Below, in pieces: positions 60,370 to 64,000 of a stretch of DNA of 64,000 bases. The notes under the pieces are model-generated. The model ran no database searches, was not told the origin of the DNA, and worked only from the letters and a program-made list of their open reading frames with translations. Position 1 is the stretch's first letter. Every line of letters starts with the position of its first letter. This DNA comes from Mytilus edulis. Its lineage: Eukaryota. Location: NCBI RefSeq assembly GCF_963676685.1, contig NC_092348.1, positions 7,688,001-7,752,000 on the forward strand, in the 5' to 3' direction. The position numbers and the translations under genes were made by a program.

Positions 60370-61521
60370 AAATCTGTCAGAATCTGTCAGAACTGTTCTA
60401 GGACAGTGTGTAGAACTGTCACCCTGACACCTTTTAGACAGTTCTAACTAGAACAGTTCTTACCTAGAACTGATTTGGTCAGTTCTACCTAGAACTGATT
60501 TGGTCAGTTCTACCTAGAACTGATTTGGTCAGTTCTACCTAGAACTGATCCAGACAGTTCAACCCTAGAACAGTTTAAGATATTTCTACGACTAGAACAG
60601 TTCTACGTTAGAACAGATTTGGTCAGTTCTACGGTAAAATTGATTAGTCAGTTCTATCCATAGAACAGTTTTAAGAACTCTTTGTCTTAAATATAAATAA
60701 GCCAAAAGAATATAATACGTATTAAAAAAAATCATTTAGAACTGTTACAATCCTGACACGTTTGGTCAGTTCTACGGCTAAAACAGTTACAATCCTGACA
60801 CGTTTGGTCAGTTCTACGGCTAGAACAGTTACAATCCTGACACGTTTGGTCAGTTTTGCGACTAGAACAGTTACAATTCTGACACGTTTGGTCAGTTCTA
60901 CGGCTAGAACAGTTACAATCCTGACACGTTTGGTCAGTTCTACGGCTAGAACAGTTACAATCCTGACACGTTTGGTCAGTTCTACGGCTAGAACAGTTAC
61001 AATCCTGACACGTTTGGTCAGTTCTACGGCTAGAACAGTTACAATCCTGACACGTTTGGTCAGTTCTACAGCTAGAACAGTTACAATCCTGACACGTTTG
61101 GTCAGTTCTACGGCTAGAACAGTTACAATCCTGACACGTTTGGTCAGTTCTACGGCTAGAACAGTTACAATCCTGACACGTTTGGTCAGTTCTACGGCTA
61201 GAACAGTTTTAGACAGTTCTGCTGACAGTTCACTACGGTTAGAACTGATTTGGTCAATTCTGCTGACAGTTCTACGACAAGAACTGATTTGGACAGTTCT
61301 ATGTAGAACAGTTTTAGACAGTTCTACCCTAGAATTGATCCTGACAGTTCTACTTATTAATAGAACAGTTATGGGGGTAAAACTGTTCTAGGTAGAACTG
61401 TTCTAGGACAGTTTAAAAGAGTTCTATGACAGTTTATAACAGTTCTATGACAGTTTAAAAGAGTTCTATGACAGTTTATAACAGTTCTATGACATATTAT
61501 TCTGACAGTTCTAATGAGAGG
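60370..61521. repeat. Composite tandem-repeat block built on AGAACWG/CAGTTCT motifs (26-, 42- and 32-bp units)
   Basis: 26-bp ACCTAGAACTGATTTGGTCAGTTCT x3 (~60460-60545). 42-bp TAGAACAGTTACAATCCTGACACGTTTGGTCAGTTCTACGGC x~11 (60737-61208). ~39-bp GACAGTTTAAAAGAGTTCTATGACAGTTTATAACAGTTCTAT-type repeats at 61408-61492. Confidence 0.9.
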
Positions 61522-62718
61522 TTAGAAGTGATCTCCAATGTAATTGCAATCCCATCGTGTTGGTGTCCACATTATAGGCTGATAGAAGAATCAGTTTGAC
61601 CTGCATGTATTTCATAATGTATTGAACATCTCGTGTATATGTTGATTGTTGGTTGCTTTACGTCCAGTGACAACAAATGCATAGCGGTCATGGTTAAAGT
61701 CTGTTACGGTACAAAGGCTTATTATTTTATAAAATCAAAATGAAAAGTAGTATTAAAAAAAGCTGACAAAAGACAATGAAATGAACAGAAAGATATTATC
61801 GTTTTGAAATGAACCAATTAACCTACTTAAATTTCATTTGGTTGCACATGAGAAAAGGTGAGCTTTGATCATAAACCCATGTAAAAGTTATTGTTCTTTT
61901 GCAATATCAAATTTCACTAAAGCTTTCAAATCGCGCAAGTTAGGTATATTTTGAAGTTATATCAGTAGAAATCGTGGTATTTGTCACTGGACGTTTAGCA
62001 AATAAAATTTAAAAATACCCAATTTAAACAAAAATAATAAAGTCTAATAAAGTGGTTGGCCGTATATAGGGACATCCACATGTAATAACTTTCTAATTCG
62101 GCTGTAAATTAATCTTTCTTGACAGAACCAGTTTAAATTAATCGACTTGTTTCTTTTTTCTATTACTAAAACTTTTCTTTCAGTATAACAGACATGACTA
62201 GATAAAAACTGTAGACTTCAAACTTGTCAATCTAAGTTCAAAATTAGTGTGTATTGAAAATTATCATCCGTAGCTATCTTTTGTCTTTCTGTCGTCACTT
62301 CGTAACATAACTTAACACCACACTATTATGTTTACGAACGATTACCCAAGGTCTAAATCTGATTTGTCCGTTTTAACATTGATACTTGAGGGTCTATATA
62401 TCAATACGCTCAGATTCTATTATATCATCAAATAAAAGATGACAGTTCGAAGATCTTCTTCACACCAAAGCAGTTTTGATTTATCTAATCCTAATATACA
62501 AATACACAACATGTATGCATTATTCGATATACATATAAGATTATAATCTATTTTGCCATGGAGCCCCTCGTTTTGCTATGCATGAAATAAGTTAATAAAA
62601 CAATATGATAGGAGAAATTATGTCATGATTTTACTTAAGGAAATGTTAATAAGCAATGTCGATAAATATTAGTAAATAATTTATAGTTGTCAAATATGGA
62701 GGCTATTAAGATAACACC

Positions 62719-64000
62719 ATGATGTTTTGGCAGGGATGGTTAATGATCCTGTATATTTCACAAACATCAGGTAAGAAAATAAAAGTTGATGTTAGAAAAC
62801 AAAAATAAAATTAAAAAATAGTTCCAAATGACATGCATTAGAAATAAAGACTAAAAACCAACATACGTGAAGCTAACAATACTGTCCTCATTTGGCTACA
62901 TACCAGTTTCTTAAATTATACGATAGGAGAAAATTATACTATAGTAAAGCTGATGTTGATATACACGTTGATTTGGGCCTTTGTCCTTTTTTTAGTCTTG
63001 TATGTATTTTTCTAATTTTAGTTCATTTATATGTTTTGAAGTTTATTTATTTCATTTTCATATAGTATAACCTATAGTACACTATTTTATGTAGGGGCCA
63101 GCTGAAGGACGCCTCCAGGTGCGGGATTTTCTCGCTGCGTTCAAGACCCATTGGTAGCCTTCGGCTGTTGTCTGCTCTTTGGTGGGGTTGTTGTCTCTTT
63201 GACACATTCCCCATTTTAGTCCATTCTCAATTTCATTTTAATGTCCATAAATCAAAGAGATATATTTGTTAGAGGATAAACTTGAATATGTACACCTTGG
63301 TCTTCATACAACAGTGAAATATATATTTTCAATGAAACACAAAATCAGATAAATTTATAAACCAACATTTTCTAAAAATAAAAGACATCTTTCGAGGCTG
63401 TTTGTTTCAAAATTGTTAAACCAAAATTTTCAGTTTTTCTTGTAACTGTTGCTGTTAAAATAAGTGAAAGAATATCCCTCTTTCTATTAATGCGACACCG
63501 TCGTAGCAAACTAGAACAACACGAACAGTGTTTTAAACAATTAAGATAACGTGCGTTGATGCAACAAGAAACACAAATTAACCCATCACATTTTTTTCAG
63601 ATACCATTCAAGTCATTATGCCTTTTTATGATTTTTAGATGGTCGTTTTTGCATGAGCTTGTATTTATTGGTTGTTTCTGTCTGGTTGCTGTCGTGTCAA
63701 ATGTTTTTGATGTACAGATTATATTTTATAAAATCTTTATGTACGCCTGTACTAATTTCCAGGGTATGTAAACCTTGAAACAACAGATAACCCCTTATGG
63801 ATAAAGAAATCTAGATCGTTCAAACTATCCTGTAATGGCGATAAAGAAATAAATTGGTACAAAAGTTCAGAACTCTTAGAAAGCAATGACAATGTAATTA
63901 TCTCGAAGCAACGTTTGGTAACCGGAAATACAGAAAAGCATGTGACGGATATTGCGATCGACAAAACCACTCCGACGGACAGTGGAATTTACAACTGCTC
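62719..64000 (+). CDS. Ig-domain secreted or membrane protein, first two coding exons (continues beyond window)
   Basis: Exon 62719-62770 (MMFWQGWLMILYISQTS, signal-like, donor G|GTAAGA) joins in phase to exon 63763-64000+: GYVNLETTDNPLWIKKSRSFKLSCNGDKEINWYK...DKTTPTDSGIYNC (Ig C-W-DxGxYxC). Absent from the ORF track because it runs off the end. Confidence 0.88.

Noticed and set aside
60762-61391. 209-aa ORF (VSSTARTVTILTRL)n
   Set aside because: Translation of the 42-bp satellite. TTG start, no splice or domain support.
8373-63970. Numerous 60-125 aa ORFs in the track outside the listed exons
   Set aside because: Many start at TTG/GTG, have AT-rich composition (F/I/L/K/Y), overlap repeats and show no domain motifs or splice support.

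Overview
AT-rich, intron-containing eukaryotic DNA. The repeat content (hammerhead 'retrozyme' repeats, Penelope-like elements, HINE/DINE-like elements) points to a bivalve, probably a mytilid mussel; this is an inference. I reconstructed seven spliced genes by hand from GT-AG boundaries and reading frame. They are: the 3' part of hormone-sensitive lipase (LIPE, +); two tandem paralogous secreted two-Ig-domain genes (+); two tandem paralogous secreted Kazal/Thr-rich/Kazal genes (+); a GABA-B/GPR156-like class C GPCR (-) that appears to lack a Venus-flytrap domain; and the start of another Ig-domain gene (+). Intergenic and intronic DNA is dense with mobile elements: a defective Penelope-like RT element and its fragments, two families of ~350-bp hammerhead-ribozyme repeats, a Helitron nested in a LINE, SINEs, and several MITEs with clear TSDs. 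The most unusual observations are four. (1) A LIPE acceptor plus exon start is amplified into a 60-bp array with 18 tandem AG|GT junctions. Every upstream unit ends in an in-frame stop, so the gene must skip 17 near-identical acceptors or splice recursively. (2) A covarying ~58-nt structured RNA module is shared by both hammerhead repeat families. (3) A sense-strand hammerhead lies about 70 nt upstream of a splice acceptor. (4) The class C GPCR seems to have no flytrap domain. Most short ORFs in the supplied track are not genes.
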